64,000 nucleotides of DNA from Alloascoidea hylecoeti (GCA_001600815.1 BCKZ01000009.1:460194-524193), one strand, 5' to 3'; shown: positions 22,524 to 35,168, counted from the first letter of the stretch. Made by a program: numbers and translations. The notes: generated by a model not told the origin, from the letters alone.

Positions 22524-23068
22524 TACCATTTTTTTTTTATAATTCTGATGAATATTTATCTTATTCGTCTTCTTTTTTGGTTTGTTAATTGCAATATGTT
22601 GCAATTGTTTTATGCTACATGATTCTTTGGTGGTTCTTGTCAACTTTAAATTTTGATATTTAAATTTATCATATTCCTTGGAATTGTTTTATTATTATCA
22701 TGTTTATATATTATACACTCATTTTTTTTAAAATTTTTTTCTTTTTCATTACGATATTTGTAATCTGTTTTCGGAATTTTTTAGTTCTTATTATGTCATA
22801 TAAGTCAGTGGAATTTGAGATTTGATTTGGGTTATAATACTATTTATATATATTTATACGATCGCGATTTGTTTATACCTGTGAATATTAATATTATATC
22901 TTATGTTTTATTTTTATAATAATATTTTACTGTGAATAATTGAATTTTGTTTGAAATATAACTGATTATTTCTTAACGCTTGAAGTCTATCGTTCTCTAT
23001 ATAGCTATTAATTAATTGACTTATACTGAAATGTTTGTTTTGCTATTCTTTAATGGACGTACTATGCT

Positions 23069-24309
23069 CTAATCAAGGATAGCATATTTTTGCAAATGTT
23101 CGGGGACTTTCAAACCTTTAGATTCTAACCAGCTTTTACTAAAAATTCGATCAGCATACTTGTGGGCAGAATCAGCTAAGAGAGTGACAACATTCGAGCC
23201 CGGTGGTAATCTTTCGGCAAGCTTAGCAGCAGCGACGACATTGAGGGCTCCAGTTCCTCCAATATACAAACCTTCCTCATCGAGCAATCGATAAAGCATT
23301 TCAATTGAATCAGAGTCATCAATCTTAAATGCACCGTCAACCAGGTCGAGATCTTGAGCTAAATTATCAGTTATACGACCCTGACCAATTCCCTCTGTAA
23401 ATGAAGATCCACTTCTATCCAATTCTTTACCACCTGAGTTAATGTAGGAGTATATAACCGAACCAGGCGGATCAGCCAAGAAGCATTGAACGCTTCCATT
23501 AGATATTTCTTTTAGATATCGGGTTATTCCAGCAAAAGTACCGCCTGTACCAGTAGAACAAGTGAACCCATCCACTTTACCGTTCAGTTGAGCCCAAATT
23601 TCGGGACCTGTAGTTTCAATGTGGGCCTGACGATTGGCAAGATTGTCAAACTGATTTGTCCAAACGGCATTTTCCAAACTTTCAGCGTGCCTCTTAGCCT
23701 GATGGTTATAATTCATAGGATCATCAAAGGGCTTTACAGGTACTGGATGAACTTCGGCCCCTAATAATCGAAGTAAATTGATCTTGGATGGCGCTTGAGT
23801 GTTTGGCATATATATAATACATTTATAGCCACGAGCTCGGCAGACGTGAGCAAGACCAATACCTGTATTTCCGGCAGTACCTTCAACAACAGTTCCTCCA
23901 GCTCTGATTTGACCTTTTTTCTCGGCATCCTCTATGATGAAAAGGGCAGCCCGATCTAACAAAATCAGATTGATATATATTAGTCACACAATTACCTAAC
24001 TGGGAAATATTGTGGCTTGAAAAATAAATAAAAAAACATACCCTTAACGGAACCACCAGGATTCATGAATTCCCCTTTAGCATATATGTTTCTACCGATC
24101 TCTTTGCTTAAATTGACAATTTTTAATAAGGGGGTATTTCCTACGGCCCCTGGAAAGCCAGTATCCGAAGTTAATGGGATAAATGGAGGTTTAAAGTTTT
24201 CCTCATTCTTTTCTGCAAAATCAGGAAATTTGGAGATTGTAATAGATCTCTTAAAAAGAGGAGCCAATGTCTTAGACACCAATATTTGTCTTTTAGCGAT
24301 ACAAAACAT
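23069..24309 (-). CDS. PLP-dependent cysteine synthase (O-acetylserine sulfhydrylase family) with a mitochondrial presequence-like N-terminus, 2 exons
   Basis: Intron 23956-24041 (GTATGT...TAG) restores the PLP-lysine motif NPGGSVK|DRAA. GTAGNTG and TGTGGT motifs present. ATG at 24309 (MFCIAKRQ). Confidence 0.93.
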
Positions 24310-24398
24310 CGGTACAACTAGAATTCTCAATTGAAATCTGTAATCCAGAAGATAAATCTAAATCTTAAATTAATATTTTGTATGTTCTTTGACAAATG

Positions 24399-24406
24399 CC
24401 GGGTAA
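24399..24406. promoter_or_regulatory. Reb1-type site CCGGGTAA in the divergent cysteine synthase/COA3 promoter
   Basis: Exact match to the TTACCCGG consensus; the same motif recurs upstream of other genes (27931, 33158, 41290). Confidence 0.6.
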
Positions 24407-24481
24407 TTGTGGATGGTTTTGATTTTTGCGTCGAATGATTTATGAATCCTCTTTGAAAGTAACACTTCACGATAACCCAAG

Positions 24482-24826
24482 ATGCCAAACAGATCTCGAT
24501 AGTATGCTATTATTAATATTTTTGTTATTTAATGTTGATTTTAATAAATTCTCTTCTCTAGTGGAATTCCAATTTCGCCTTATCAGGACCCAAGGACCTG
24601 GAAAATGACACCTGCTATGATCAGGGCAAGACAACCTTTTTTCTGGAAAAATCTTGCTACTTTTGGATTATTGTCTAGTATTGCTGGAGGAGTATATTAT
24701 TATACAGTCTTGAAACTATCTCGTGATGACTTTGCTGATATTCCAGTACCTCCTATTGAAGAAAATGAATTAAAACAACTACAACAAGAATATGAAGCAA
24801 AAAAGCATGCTGAAGGGAAAAAGTAA
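24482..24826 (+). CDS. COA3: Cytochrome c oxidase assembly factor 3, 2 exons
   Basis: Exon 1 24482-24501 and intron 24502-24561 (GTATGC...TAG) give [37 protein letters not shown], a Coa3-type N-terminus. One TM segment and DDFADIPVP motif. Confidence 0.9.
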
Positions 24827-25919
24827 ACTTAAACAACATCATTCATTTATTAATAATGATAATTCAATAATGAAGCAGAACATATGGAGCATACCATCTA
24901 ACCAATTCTGATATATAAACAGAGGGGATATTAAATTCATCTTATATTAAACGCAACTCAAAAACTTGTATATACACAGAGTAAATGAATTATTTACAAT
25001 TTTCATAGCTGTCGAAAAATGTATCTAATCAGAAAATTAATCTATTATCGCTAATATTTTAAGTTATATGTTGAAGATGAACACTGCTGTGTTTATTTAA
25101 GCGTGATAGTGCTAAAATAGTACTTATAGATTTAACCAACTTCCAATCGCAAAACTGAGATCAGTGTAGCTCAATTTATTTTAAAATGTATGTTATAACA
25201 TACAGTTTAGAACCAGATTTTATAAACCATCTGATCAACTTGCTGGGTGAAGTTGAGAATTAACTGCAATAGACACCTTAAAAACTGTTCGGTAAAACGA
25301 TTGTAACCAATAGGACTAGTTCTTCAGTATACATATGCTATTCGTTGATTTTACTTTAATTATTTATCACAGCATATTGTGTTCGTGTACTACGACGTGT
25401 AGTGAAGATAATTTGGCTAGTGTATTTTAGTGGGACCACCTATGAGTTAATATTAACGATAACGAATATTCTTCTGCAATTGGTTCATAACTTCATAGTT
25501 CAAACACTAATTATAAAAAATATACCAACCATTTTGTTAGACATAAAACATATCCAGGAATCGACAGTTGTATAACTTATATATGGAATATATAAAGCTC
25601 TAGATCTAAGATTATTTCCAGCAGTATAAAATAGCTAGGATATTACTGGCATATTTTTATAGCTATAAGGCAACACACAGACGTACAGTTTAGAATAAGA
25701 AATATAAATATAATATTAATATTAAAAGCAAATTTTAATCAACTAGATGATAGGAAATAAAAGAGTATAGAAAACAAAAGCCTATAGTAATCATACCAAA
25801 AAATGTAAATCATAAAACACAAAATGTAAAAAAACCCAATAATACCCAACCAATATGACCCCAAAGCCTGCCTTTTCATATTAGATAAGTGTACAATTCC
25901 CCAAGGTGAGAGCGAATAA

Positions 25920-26375
25920 TTAGTTGTCAACTGGAAATATATCCTCATCACTATCATATATGATAATATCGTGAACCTTTGGAGCATGGCTTTTTTCGTC
26001 TAAACAACCTGATAAGGATCGTTGGTATCTTGACGTAAATAAATCCTGGTTCCAAGAGAATCCTTGTGCTTCACGGAGACTCATTGTAAAAGAGAGAACG
26101 CCAGGCTCCCGACTATAACACTCGTAGACCGAGTGCTCTTCGTGGGACAGCATAGTATCGGAAAGTAAAGATCTGCGGCGGGCCCATGGAGAATTGGGTG
26201 ACTCGAAAACCGATTTCCGTCTTCGCTGCTTCGAAATGGGGACGGATGCTGAAGTAGCGGATGAAGATGATTTGCGGATCAGAGAGTCTGAAGAGCCTAT
26301 CAAGCTTCTTGAAGGATCTAACAAGGAAGATGAAGGGGAAGCGGCTTCTTTCTGTTGTGCTGATCTAGTTCGCAT
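25920..26375 (-). CDS. Small uncharacterised S/R-rich protein
   Basis: 151-aa ORF with coding-like GC content, divergent from EMC3; motif-like SLREAQGFSWNQDLF. Family not recognised. Confidence 0.7.
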   Translation of the reverse strand: MRTRSAQQKEAASPSSSLLDPSRSLIGSSDSLIRKSSSSATSASVPISKQRRRKSVFESPNSPWARRRSLLSDTMLSHEEHSVYECYSREPGVLSFTMSLREAQGFSWNQDLFTSRYQRSLSGCLDEKSHAPKVHDIIIYDSDEDIFPVDN

Positions 26376-26488
26376 TGATAATAATGATTCGTGAAAACGA
26401 GATGACCTACATTATATATGGGCATCCACGTAGCAACTCATACGCACTTATGCCATAAACGCACTTCTGCATCTGCAGCATCTTTATC

Positions 26489-26496
26489 GTCACGTG
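26489..26496. promoter_or_regulatory. Cbf1/bHLH E-box GTCACGTG in a 200-bp divergent promoter
   Basis: Exact RTCACGTG between 26375 and 26576. Confidence 0.5.
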
Positions 26497-26575
26497 GATA
26501 ACACAAAGTCAGGGTAATTGTTCGAGAACTGCCAAATTTCATTCACAGTCCAACCACAATATACACTCACGACCA

Positions 26576-27334
26576 ATGAATGTTCCTGACTTATTGTTGG
26601 ATCCCAGCTTGGCAGGTTGGGTTTTATTTCCGATTTCACTTGTCATGTTGCTCGTAGGGGTTATCAGGAATAATGTCACATTTTTATTGAGACCAAAACT
26701 AAGATTGAAGCCAATTAAAGAAGTTAGAGAACAACATTATTTAATGGCATGTGGAAATCTTCGGAATAATCATCAAACAGTTACAAAGCAGTTCTTTGAA
26801 AATAAAAAGAGCTTTTTCTTAGATGGAATCAAAAAGGGATCATATTTGAAGGATCCATCCGCCAGAGGTCAAACTCCAGCAAACCCATTAACTGATCCCA
26901 AAGGAATGGATGGAATGATGGAGATGATGAAAGGAAATATAGCAATGATTGTCCCACAGACTTTAATGATGAGTTGGATAAATTCTTTTTTTGCCGGATT
27001 CGTATTAATGAAATTACCATTTCCATTGACAGTAAGATTCAAATCAATGCTGCAAAGTGGTGTTATGACACAAGATTTGGATGTCAGGTGGGTCAGTTCA
27101 ATCTCTTGGTATTTCTTAAACTTAATTGGGCTAAAGGCTGTTTTTGCCTTAATTTTGGGAGAAGATAACGCTGCTAGCGAGCAAATGGGTCAACAACAAA
27201 ATATGGGTGGATTTCAACCAGGGGTTGATGTTGATAAGATATTCCAAGCCGAAGGAGAAAACTTGAATATAGTGCAACATGTTTATGTTCTAGATGGAAT
27301 TGAGAACCGAGTACTGGTAGCATATGGTTTGTAA
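26576..27334 (+). CDS. EMC3: ER membrane complex subunit 3
   Basis: LLLDPSL..WVLFPI, GFVLMKLPFPLTVRFKSMLQSGV, DLDVRWVSSISWYFL. Confidence 0.96.
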   Translation: MNVPDLLLDPSLAGWVLFPISLVMLLVGVIRNNVTFLLRPKLRLKPIKEVREQHYLMACGNLRNNHQTVTKQFFENKKSFFLDGIKKGSYLKDPSARGQTPANPLTDPKGMDGMMEMMKGNIAMIVPQTLMMSWINSFFAGFVLMKLPFPLTVRFKSMLQSGVMTQDLDVRWVSSISWYFLNLIGLKAVFALILGEDNAASEQMGQQQNMGGFQPGVDVDKIFQAEGENLNIVQHVYVLDGIENRVLVAYGL

Positions 27335-28021
27335 TAATAGTCTTGTAAACTTCAAACAAAATCATGAATCGAACTATGCAAATCCACAGAAAAGCACCAT
27401 TTCCAAATACAAGAATCAACTGGATACATATAACTATATGTTGAAAAGTTTTATGTGCTTATATTGATTAAATTGTTTCTATATGCACATTATATATAAA
27501 TTTAAATCTACTCTTAAGGTGGTATCACTAGTGTTGTTGCAATTGTAGTCTATAGATAACATTAATTTTCTGATGCATTCGATTTAATTTAGGCGCTAAT
27601 ATTAAATAATAAACATAAGATGCCATTTTACATAGACTTGAATATCTGAAATTTACGGAACATTATAGACTATTCAAAAACACCTTAAGGCCTTGTAGAG
27701 TATTCAGTAACTGGGTATGTTCTTGCCACTTTAATCCTGATACGGTTGTATGGTTTGCAGAGTTGCAGTAGCACGTAGTCAATATCTAGCCTGCTAAAAT
27801 AACCCAAGAAAATGAGAATTATTGCAATTGACTATCTTATATATATCGTATTACTTTGAAGTCCAAAGATGAATAAAATAGACACGATAATTGTTTGACT
27901 ACATTTAAACAGTTGCAGGAAAACTACTAACGGGTAATTCCCCTACTGAGTAATTATCAGCATGAAGCATACTGCAGGCTATAATACTAACTTTTCACTT
28001 ACAGTAACAAAACAGTCTAAG

Positions 28022-29218
28022 ATGAGCATTGACTTTAACAGTTCCACAAAGTATCACTCTCTTCAAGCTAGAGCTTCATCAGCTGCTGTCCGTCAGCCAA
28101 AAGAAGTTGCACACTTCTCTAGAGATAAGAACTACAACTATCATCTTGATCGCTCTTCTCTAAAGTATTATTACTTACCAGATGCATCGATCGAGGCTGG
28201 AATAAATCTGGATAAGGGATATGAAAGTTGGGTACGAAGTGATGAAGCAAATGTCAAACCCGTCCATCTTGATGGAATTTTGCTAGCATTGAAGAAATAT
28301 GAGCTGTTAACAAATAATAAGGAACCAATTAAAGTTGACTTTATCACTTTTAGAGGTGTAATGTCTAACATTCTTTGCTTACCTTATGCTAATGATGAAT
28401 CTTTTGATTTTAATATTGTTTATTTTGATGGACAGATATTCATCGAAAAAGACTCTGAGTTAGCAAAGCAGAAAAGTGCAAAAGAAAAAGCAGAGCCAAA
28501 TCCAATGCTAGAGAGATTTCAATATAGTGGATATAAATTCGAAACAATTTCAACAATACCTAAACCATGGAGCGCTTTAACAAGAGATGAAATCGAGACA
28601 AGTAAAAAAGGAGTAGTAAATAATATTGAGCAGTATTGTTCTTTAGTCAGATCTGGGATTGGCAAAACAAAAACACTACTGGGAGGTGAGGTTGATGCTA
28701 TTTGGGATTACGTACCTGATGAAAATGATCCTTACGCGCTAAAGGATGATATTTTAAAACATTATGTTGAACTGAAAACATCAAAGACTATAGGCCATCC
28801 AAAACAAGTCGTCAATTTTGAACGGAAATTGTTCAAAGCTTGGGCACAATCTTTTTTAATTGGGGTTAGGAAGATTATTTATGGTTTTAGAGATGATTCA
28901 TTTCAATTAAAATCAGTTGAAATTTACGAAACTGAAAAGATACCGGCGATGGTCAAGAGTTCATCATTCAGTCAACAAGATAAGAAATGGAATGGTGTAA
29001 CAGCATTGAAGTTTTACGCCTCAGTTCTGGAATGGTTAAAAGCCGAAATTCCTAAAGATGAGTCAAAAGTTTGGAGACTGAAATATGATGGAGAAAAGAA
29101 AGCTTTGGGCCTTACAGAAATTACTGATGATAATTGTGATCACAGACAACAAATAATAGATGAAATACTACTGAAGGAGTTTAAAGAGTGGAGGCAGATA
29201 ATTAGAGGGGATTTATAA
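28022..29218 (+). CDS. RAI1: Decapping nuclease Rai1/DXO
   Basis: RQPKEVAHFS, FITFRG, GYKFE, GEVD, YVELKT, WAQSFLIG motifs. Start placed at 28022 because ATG 27962 lies in an apparent leader intron. Confidence 0.93.
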   Translation: MSIDFNSSTKYHSLQARASSAAVRQPKEVAHFSRDKNYNYHLDRSSLKYYYLPDASIEAGINLDKGYESWVRSDEANVKPVHLDGILLALKKYELLTNNKEPIKVDFITFRGVMSNILCLPYANDESFDFNIVYFDGQIFIEKDSELAKQKSAKEKAEPNPMLERFQYSGYKFETISTIPKPWSALTRDEIETSKKGVVNNIEQYCSLVRSGIGKTKTLLGGEVDAIWDYVPDENDPYALKDDILKHYVELKTSKTIGHPKQVVNFERKLFKAWAQSFLIGVRKIIYGFRDDSFQLKSVEIYETEKIPAMVKSSSFSQQDKKWNGVTALKFYASVLEWLKAEIPKDESKVWRLKYDGEKKALGLTEITDDNCDHRQQIIDEILLKEFKEWRQIIRGDL

Positions 29219-29295
29219 ATATAGAATGCATTTTTTTCTTCTTATTTTGATGCACTTGATAAAATATAATTAATTTAGCTTTGTGTATGTATTTA

Positions 29296-30804
29296 TCAAT
29301 ACATCAGTCGGTTCTGCCTTCTTCTGCTACTGTGGACTGAAATTTGCCGTCTTTTATCCACAGACCGGTTTGTATTCGTATCGAAACGATATGGCGATGA
29401 ATAAATCATTGGAGTTGTATTTATTGATGGGCTATAAAAGGGCATCGGTAAATCAACCGGGTATTGTGTAGGTGGTTGAGTGAATTTCTCATCCATTTGA
29501 ACTTGATCGAATTGGTCCTTCTGAGATCTGTATGTACTAAAAGTCGCGTTCACTAAAATCAATGACCCAAAAATTAATAGTGTTAAAAATAATAAGGATT
29601 TAAAACTAACTGGCTGAATAAAACCATTAATTATCTCTGATATGGTCTCTGCTGTAACCTTTGCACGACCAATCTGCTTATAATCTTGGTGGATACAATC
29701 TGATAATTCGGCACATGCTTTTGCAACAATAGGTACTAGATCACCCGTTCCACAACCATAGCTGTCATAATCTTGAGTACAAATTCTAATTTCATCCTGA
29801 ATTTTTCGTGTATTAGCTTCCACTTTAATATTGATATCGTTGTTTATAGTTGATATAAAAATATAAAGAAAATGTGTTATAACGGCAATGAAAATCACAT
29901 TTAAAAATAATTGAACGTATAAAGATAATACATATGGAATATTGGGGTCAACTAATAAATGTTTTATGTATGGTGATATTCTTGTGAAAAAACTGGGACG
30001 CTGTCGAGAAAGTCTATATTTTTTCCTAACTACTTCTTTATGAGACTTTTTTGATTCTTTCTTTATAGGGCTTTGATAATCTTCTTCATCGACCCATTCA
30101 CTATCATCCGTGTCATCTGTGTTGTCAGTTATATAATTTTCATGTTCCTTTAATTTTTCAGAAAGAAATGTCTTGCTGGCCGTTAGCATCGGAGATACAC
30201 CACGACGAATTGCTGGTAAAAACTTAGGAGCTTGAGGTCTTGACAGTAAATGATGTCCATTATTATGGCCTTGCCGTAAATGAAAGTTTTTTCTTGGTGA
30301 AAATAAATCTCGTGCTAGCTTTGTTGAACTTGGCTGTTGATTTTGACTACGACTTTGTGTGGGCTTCGAAGGTTTGAAAGATTCCAAAACTTTGGATTTT
30401 TTGATACTAGAAGTTTTAAAATCTGGTTCTGATATCTCTAGAATTGAATCATCATCTAAAATATTTCCAGTTTTACGGAAGGATTTGTACGACTGAATTT
30501 GTCTTGTATCCTTATGAACTTCCTCCCTTGACAACTCTCTAAGTCGCTCCCGTAAAGGTTTATCTGACCCATTAGATTGGTTTAAATATTCTATTGTAGA
30601 GATGTCAATTGTCGAGTTATCAAGCGTTGCAGTTTCTGATTCAGAATAGGAAATTGAATCGTCTAGTAAACTTCGGTGTTTTCTTAGTATTTCAGCATCT
30701 CTATTTCTTATATGGTCCAAACGACGTGACCTATCACCATTAAAGCTCTGGGACTTTGCATTCTGTGGCAAAGAATCACTGAAAATAGCTATAGGAGTTC
30801 CCAT
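29296..30804 (-). CDS. BRL1: Nuclear envelope Brl1/Brr6-family protein
   Basis: PYVLSLYVQLFLN TM, four luminal Cys (C..DY..YGC, C..L..C), AETISEIINGFIQPVSFKS, second TM. Confidence 0.88.
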   Translation of the reverse strand: MGTPIAIFSDSLPQNAKSQSFNGDRSRRLDHIRNRDAEILRKHRSLLDDSISYSESETATLDNSTIDISTIEYLNQSNGSDKPLRERLRELSREEVHKDTRQIQSYKSFRKTGNILDDDSILEISEPDFKTSSIKKSKVLESFKPSKPTQSRSQNQQPSSTKLARDLFSPRKNFHLRQGHNNGHHLLSRPQAPKFLPAIRRGVSPMLTASKTFLSEKLKEHENYITDNTDDTDDSEWVDEEDYQSPIKKESKKSHKEVVRKKYRLSRQRPSFFTRISPYIKHLLVDPNIPYVLSLYVQLFLNVIFIAVITHFLYIFISTINNDINIKVEANTRKIQDEIRICTQDYDSYGCGTGDLVPIVAKACAELSDCIHQDYKQIGRAKVTAETISEIINGFIQPVSFKSLLFLTLLIFGSLILVNATFSTYRSQKDQFDQVQMDEKFTQPPTQYPVDLPMPFYSPSINTTPMIYSSPYRFDTNTNRSVDKRRQISVHSSRRRQNRLMY

Positions 30805-31194
30805 TGAATATATGATAATTTAATATTCATTAATAATGAGCATTTAGTGAGGTCTGTTTTGTTTATTTGCTAAACATATCAACCTTACATCTAATATTAT
30901 TGTATTCATTGCGTATCTCTTCCTATTTTATTCGCATGATGACAAAATATTAAGAAAGCTGCTCTGATGGTACATCAAATTCCATATGTCTATTTAATTG
31001 CCATATAAGATCCTTATCAAAAGAAAGTTTGGAAATTTTATCTTATACTTAAGATAATTAGACATTTCGTATATTAATATTTAAATTAAAGAACCTAATA
31101 ATTATAATTACAACTATAGTTTGAAATACTGAAGTCAAATGCAAGTACCACTTAATTAGAAAAATAAACAATATCAATCATGATTCATGACATA

Positions 31195-33069
31195 CTAGCG
31201 CTTCAAATTTTTGATAATAAAATAGCGTATGGCAATCTCAAGAGAAGTAACTAAGACTGATACAACAAAAAGCGTAATTAAAATCCAAGTAATTCTAGAC
31301 ATGTTTGTCTCCGCTATAGAATCAGAGATAATCTCCGTGAGGTCAAGAAACACTTTACATCGTTCATTCAGTGCCTTCACTCTTTGGTTTATTTCTAAAT
31401 ACTCACGCGTGGCAGTATATAACGGGTTAAGACTAGGCTCTGAGTCCCAAAAAATGTCGGGAGTATCTAAAACGTTTGAACTCAAATTTACATCAACTCG
31501 CAGTTTGAACAACTTCCCTGAAAGCTTTAGGACTTGCTCTCGATTCATACCTAGTTTTCCTGTTAGGGCCAATCTTTTCGGAAGCTTTTGAACATCGTTC
31601 ATTTGAATTGACATTCTTTCCTCAAAAGAGCAAAGTTTTGTTGATTGTGCTATTGAATGTGACATGGCCAATTTTATAACATGATCTCCAGACTTTAACG
31701 TGATCATATCATTATAAATTCGAGGCCTACGGATTTCCTTTGAGTATTGAAAATGAAACTCCTCCGTCTCAATTTCATCCTCATTAAATGGTCGACTAAC
31801 CAATGACACTGGATCACCCGAAGGAGAAGAATATCTCGCGAATGTTAGATCAGCTAAAATTTCCTTCTCCTGGTTTTCTGTGAAATTCCAGAGCACTATT
31901 ACCCCATAAGAAAAAATAAATAGCTCTGCATGTTTTGTCATATCTGGTACTGGTAGCTCTATTGAGGGAATTGAATTATTACTTTCTGTCCTCGAATCCT
32001 CAATTATACTAATAGTAGGCTGTACCTGTGTAGTTGTATCGGAATATGTTTTGGGTGAAGAATTACTATGTTCGGGTTTAACCTCAGAATTTGAGGGATA
32101 GACCATAAGAGGAGAAGATCTAGGTGAGAAATATTGTGGTTCTGAAGGATCAAATGCATTTTGAGGATTATTTGTAGCCCAATCTTCAATTGAATCGGTT
32201 GGTTTAACTACCTGGTTATTATTAATTTCCACTGCCGAATAGTATTCATAATGATGATCACCTTGTTCAGATCTATCAATCATGGTTTCCATTAGCGTCT
32301 TTCCTTTCGAATTTTTTATAGATGTATTACTTTTTATTCTACAACCATTTGAACCAGGTAGAAGTGGTAGGTAATAAGGAACATAAAGGGCTTCATCATA
32401 AAGTCTTGGTTTCACTACATGATTGTCTCTTAGAAAATCTGTCACAGGTTTTAATTTAAAACCCTCAGATATACAATAAGCAGTGACTCTTGGAAAACTG
32501 GCCCTTTGATCTTTTGGTGCTCGTTCTGCTGGTGATCTGACTTGTTTTTTGGAGGTAGGATGATTTAGAGATGACCTAGAAGTTTGTTTATTTGACTCTC
32601 CGGTTTCAGATTCAGATTCATTTCTATTATCATCGTTGTCATCGTTATCATCAAAGGTATCCAAACTGTCATTTTCCGGAATATATACCAACTTCTGTGA
32701 AGTTTTTGAAGTTCTTTGGGGAAATTTTTGTGTCATCATTTTTTTCTGGGCAGTAGGCCTTCTGCCTGGTTGAAATCGCTGAGAAGCCAACTGATCCATA
32801 TATGAGCCATGAGGAGCATATCTTCCTTGATTTCCTGCGATGTCACTGGCATTTCTACTTCTTCCTGTTGAGAGGTTGTTCGAGTTGAACAAGATATTTG
32901 TCACTGAGATGTCGCTAAATCTAGTTCTGGGTTTAGATCCATTTCCCTGTTTCAACGCTCTTCTTCCACCAGCAAAAGGAGCCGATCTCCCCTTTGAGGA
33001 TTGGCTTCTAACATCTGTAACTAAAATTGAAGGTGATCTTTTCGCAGTTGGAGTTCTGGAATTTGGCAT
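31195..33069 (-). CDS. RMD8: DUF155/RMD1-family protein, Rmd8-like
   Basis: SQKLVYIP, PRVTAYC, FIFSYGVIVLWNF, KLAMSHSIAQSTKL, REYLEINQRV, C-terminal TM. Confidence 0.8.
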   Translation of the reverse strand: MPNSRTPTAKRSPSILVTDVRSQSSKGRSAPFAGGRRALKQGNGSKPRTRFSDISVTNILFNSNNLSTGRSRNASDIAGNQGRYAPHGSYMDQLASQRFQPGRRPTAQKKMMTQKFPQRTSKTSQKLVYIPENDSLDTFDDNDDNDDNRNESESETGESNKQTSRSSLNHPTSKKQVRSPAERAPKDQRASFPRVTAYCISEGFKLKPVTDFLRDNHVVKPRLYDEALYVPYYLPLLPGSNGCRIKSNTSIKNSKGKTLMETMIDRSEQGDHHYEYYSAVEINNNQVVKPTDSIEDWATNNPQNAFDPSEPQYFSPRSSPLMVYPSNSEVKPEHSNSSPKTYSDTTTQVQPTISIIEDSRTESNNSIPSIELPVPDMTKHAELFIFSYGVIVLWNFTENQEKEILADLTFARYSSPSGDPVSLVSRPFNEDEIETEEFHFQYSKEIRRPRIYNDMITLKSGDHVIKLAMSHSIAQSTKLCSFEERMSIQMNDVQKLPKRLALTGKLGMNREQVLKLSGKLFKLRVDVNLSSNVLDTPDIFWDSEPSLNPLYTATREYLEINQRVKALNERCKVFLDLTEIISDSIAETNMSRITWILITLFVVSVLVTSLEIAIRYFIIKNLKR

Positions 33070-33157
33070 AATATGAGAATTACTATAATTAAAACGTTAT
33101 AATTAACTGTTAAAATTGGATAGAAATATTGATTACATAATATAATGTTACCCAAAG

Positions 33158-33165
33158 CCGGGTAA
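33158..33165. promoter_or_regulatory. Reb1-type site CCGGGTAA in the RMD8/RTF1 divergent promoter
   Basis: Exact consensus in a 147-bp divergent intergenic gap, with TTACCC immediately upstream. Confidence 0.6.
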
Positions 33166-33216
33166 ACCTCATCTTCTTACTTCTCTGCCTCCTATAATAC
33201 CAAAACGTAGTTAACA

Positions 33217-35168
33217 ATGTCTGATATCGACCTTGATGAGGATCTTCTAGCTTTAGCCGGTGCTGGCGATGAGGGATCTGAAACCGAAACCGAGGTTTCT
33301 CACAAAAGATCGAAAAGCGCGAGTGGAGATTCACAGCGAAAGAAGTCAAAACTGTATGTGATATTTATATATATTTTTCAAGTGAAGCTTCCTAACAATA
33401 TTGAGTAGTTCTGGCTCAGAGTCTCAACCGGATGCAAGTGAAGATGAAGAGGATGATGATAATTATGATCCTGCCGATAATGATGCCGGCATCCAGGCAG
33501 TTAATGGTGATAATGATGACCATGAAAATGATGACGACGATTTCAAAAATCCTTATCCTATTGATGGGAAATATAAAGACGAAGAAGATATGGAATGGTA
33601 AGCTTATATCATTATAACATCACTTTGTTTTAAGAAAACAATGCTCTAGAACTAATGAAATGACATAGGTTGGAATCGTTATCTGAAATCAAGCGTGAAG
33701 AAATTCTCTTTGAACGTTCTCAAAAAGTATAAAACATTATTATTTTTGTTCAATAGATGGAAAACTAATGAGACATTAGATACAAGAAATTAATCAAAGG
33801 AAATACCTTGCACAACGTTTGCGTGAGAGTCGTCAGCAAGATGAGCATTCAAGAAAAGGTATTATATTTCAAGTTTTAAAACAATAACAAAAACAAAAAG
33901 CAATTTGCTAATATTTTCGATTTTCAGGGACACAATCTAGCAAAAAGAAATCTCAATTGTCTGAACTTAAGAAAAGGCGAGAAGAGAAACATAAGACGAT
34001 TGTATGTTTAAGTGTCACAATTATTTCTCGCAGTTATTTTATGTTACTGAAATACTAATTGAATTCATAGGAGAGACGTCGTCGAGAAAGACAAGATGAA
34101 TCGGATGAGGACTCTGATTATGGTAAAGATGATAAAGAGGATGAAGATGAAGAGGGTAGTTATGAGGAAGACGATAAAGTGCAATGGGTGGAACCTGAAA
34201 AAGCAAAGGAGGCATCATTATCGGATATTAATAAGGTCAGATTTGGGCGTTCCTTATTTGCAAAATTTTGCCATTATCCCGAATTTTCCAGTGTTGTTGT
34301 TGATTGCTTTTCACGACTAAACGTTGGTATCGATAAGGCTACTGGACAATCATCTTATAGAATGGTTCAAATTAAAGCGGTAATTGACTCTAAGCCATAT
34401 AAGATTTCAAACGAACGTATTGTGGACCAAAGAGTAGTTGTGGCACAAGGTACAACACAAAGAAGATCAGATATGTCCGTCTTTTCTGATCAACCAATCA
34501 CTCGAGAAGAGTTTGATCGATACAAGAATCAACTTCTCAGGGACAAATCATCGCTACCATCCGTTAATAAGCTACAAAGAAAATTTGGGGAATTGACTAG
34601 AATGAGTAGGAGACAGTTAACACCAGAGGAGACCAACCAGGTCATCCAGAGAAGACAGAAATTATCTGCTAATATGCTAGGGGCGAATGCTATCCTCCAG
34701 AAATCAATATTGCAGGAAGAATTACTTGAAGCGAAGGACAATAACGATTTAGATAAAGTCGCAGAACTTGAAGCTAGGTTAGATCAACTTGAATCTAAGA
34801 TGCAAACTCAACATCAGAAAGTATCAACGCAGGAATCTTCCTTAGACAAATTAGCTAAAGTTAACGAAAGAAATAGAAAGATAAATCAGGAGTATATCAG
34901 AAAGGCAGAAATTAAGAACCAAGAGACTAGAAGAAAGCAAGACAATACCTCTGGTGTTACAGGAAATCCCTTCAGTAGATTGAGAACTAACGCTCGTATC
35001 TTCTACCAGGACACTAATAACAAATCGGAAGATATTGTACCGAAAGAGGATGCTACTAAAACTGTTGAGAAGAGAGAAAATGGTACTGTTAAAGCGAGAC
35101 ATGGGGGTATACAGTCAATCGATGATTTGATCGCTTCAATTGAATTAGGGTTTGAAATAATAGTTTGA
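33217..35168 (+). CDS. RTF1: Paf1 complex subunit Rtf1 (Plus3 domain), 6 exons
   Basis: MSDIDLDEDLLALAG, NPYPIDGKYKDEED..LESLSEIKREEILFER, Plus3 domain, NPFSRLRT. Introns start at 33354, 33598, 33727, 33859 and 34002. Confidence 0.95.

Noticed and set aside
30936..30967. ATGATGA...CTGA as a box C/D snoRNA
   Set aside because: Only 32 nt span, too short for a guide RNA.
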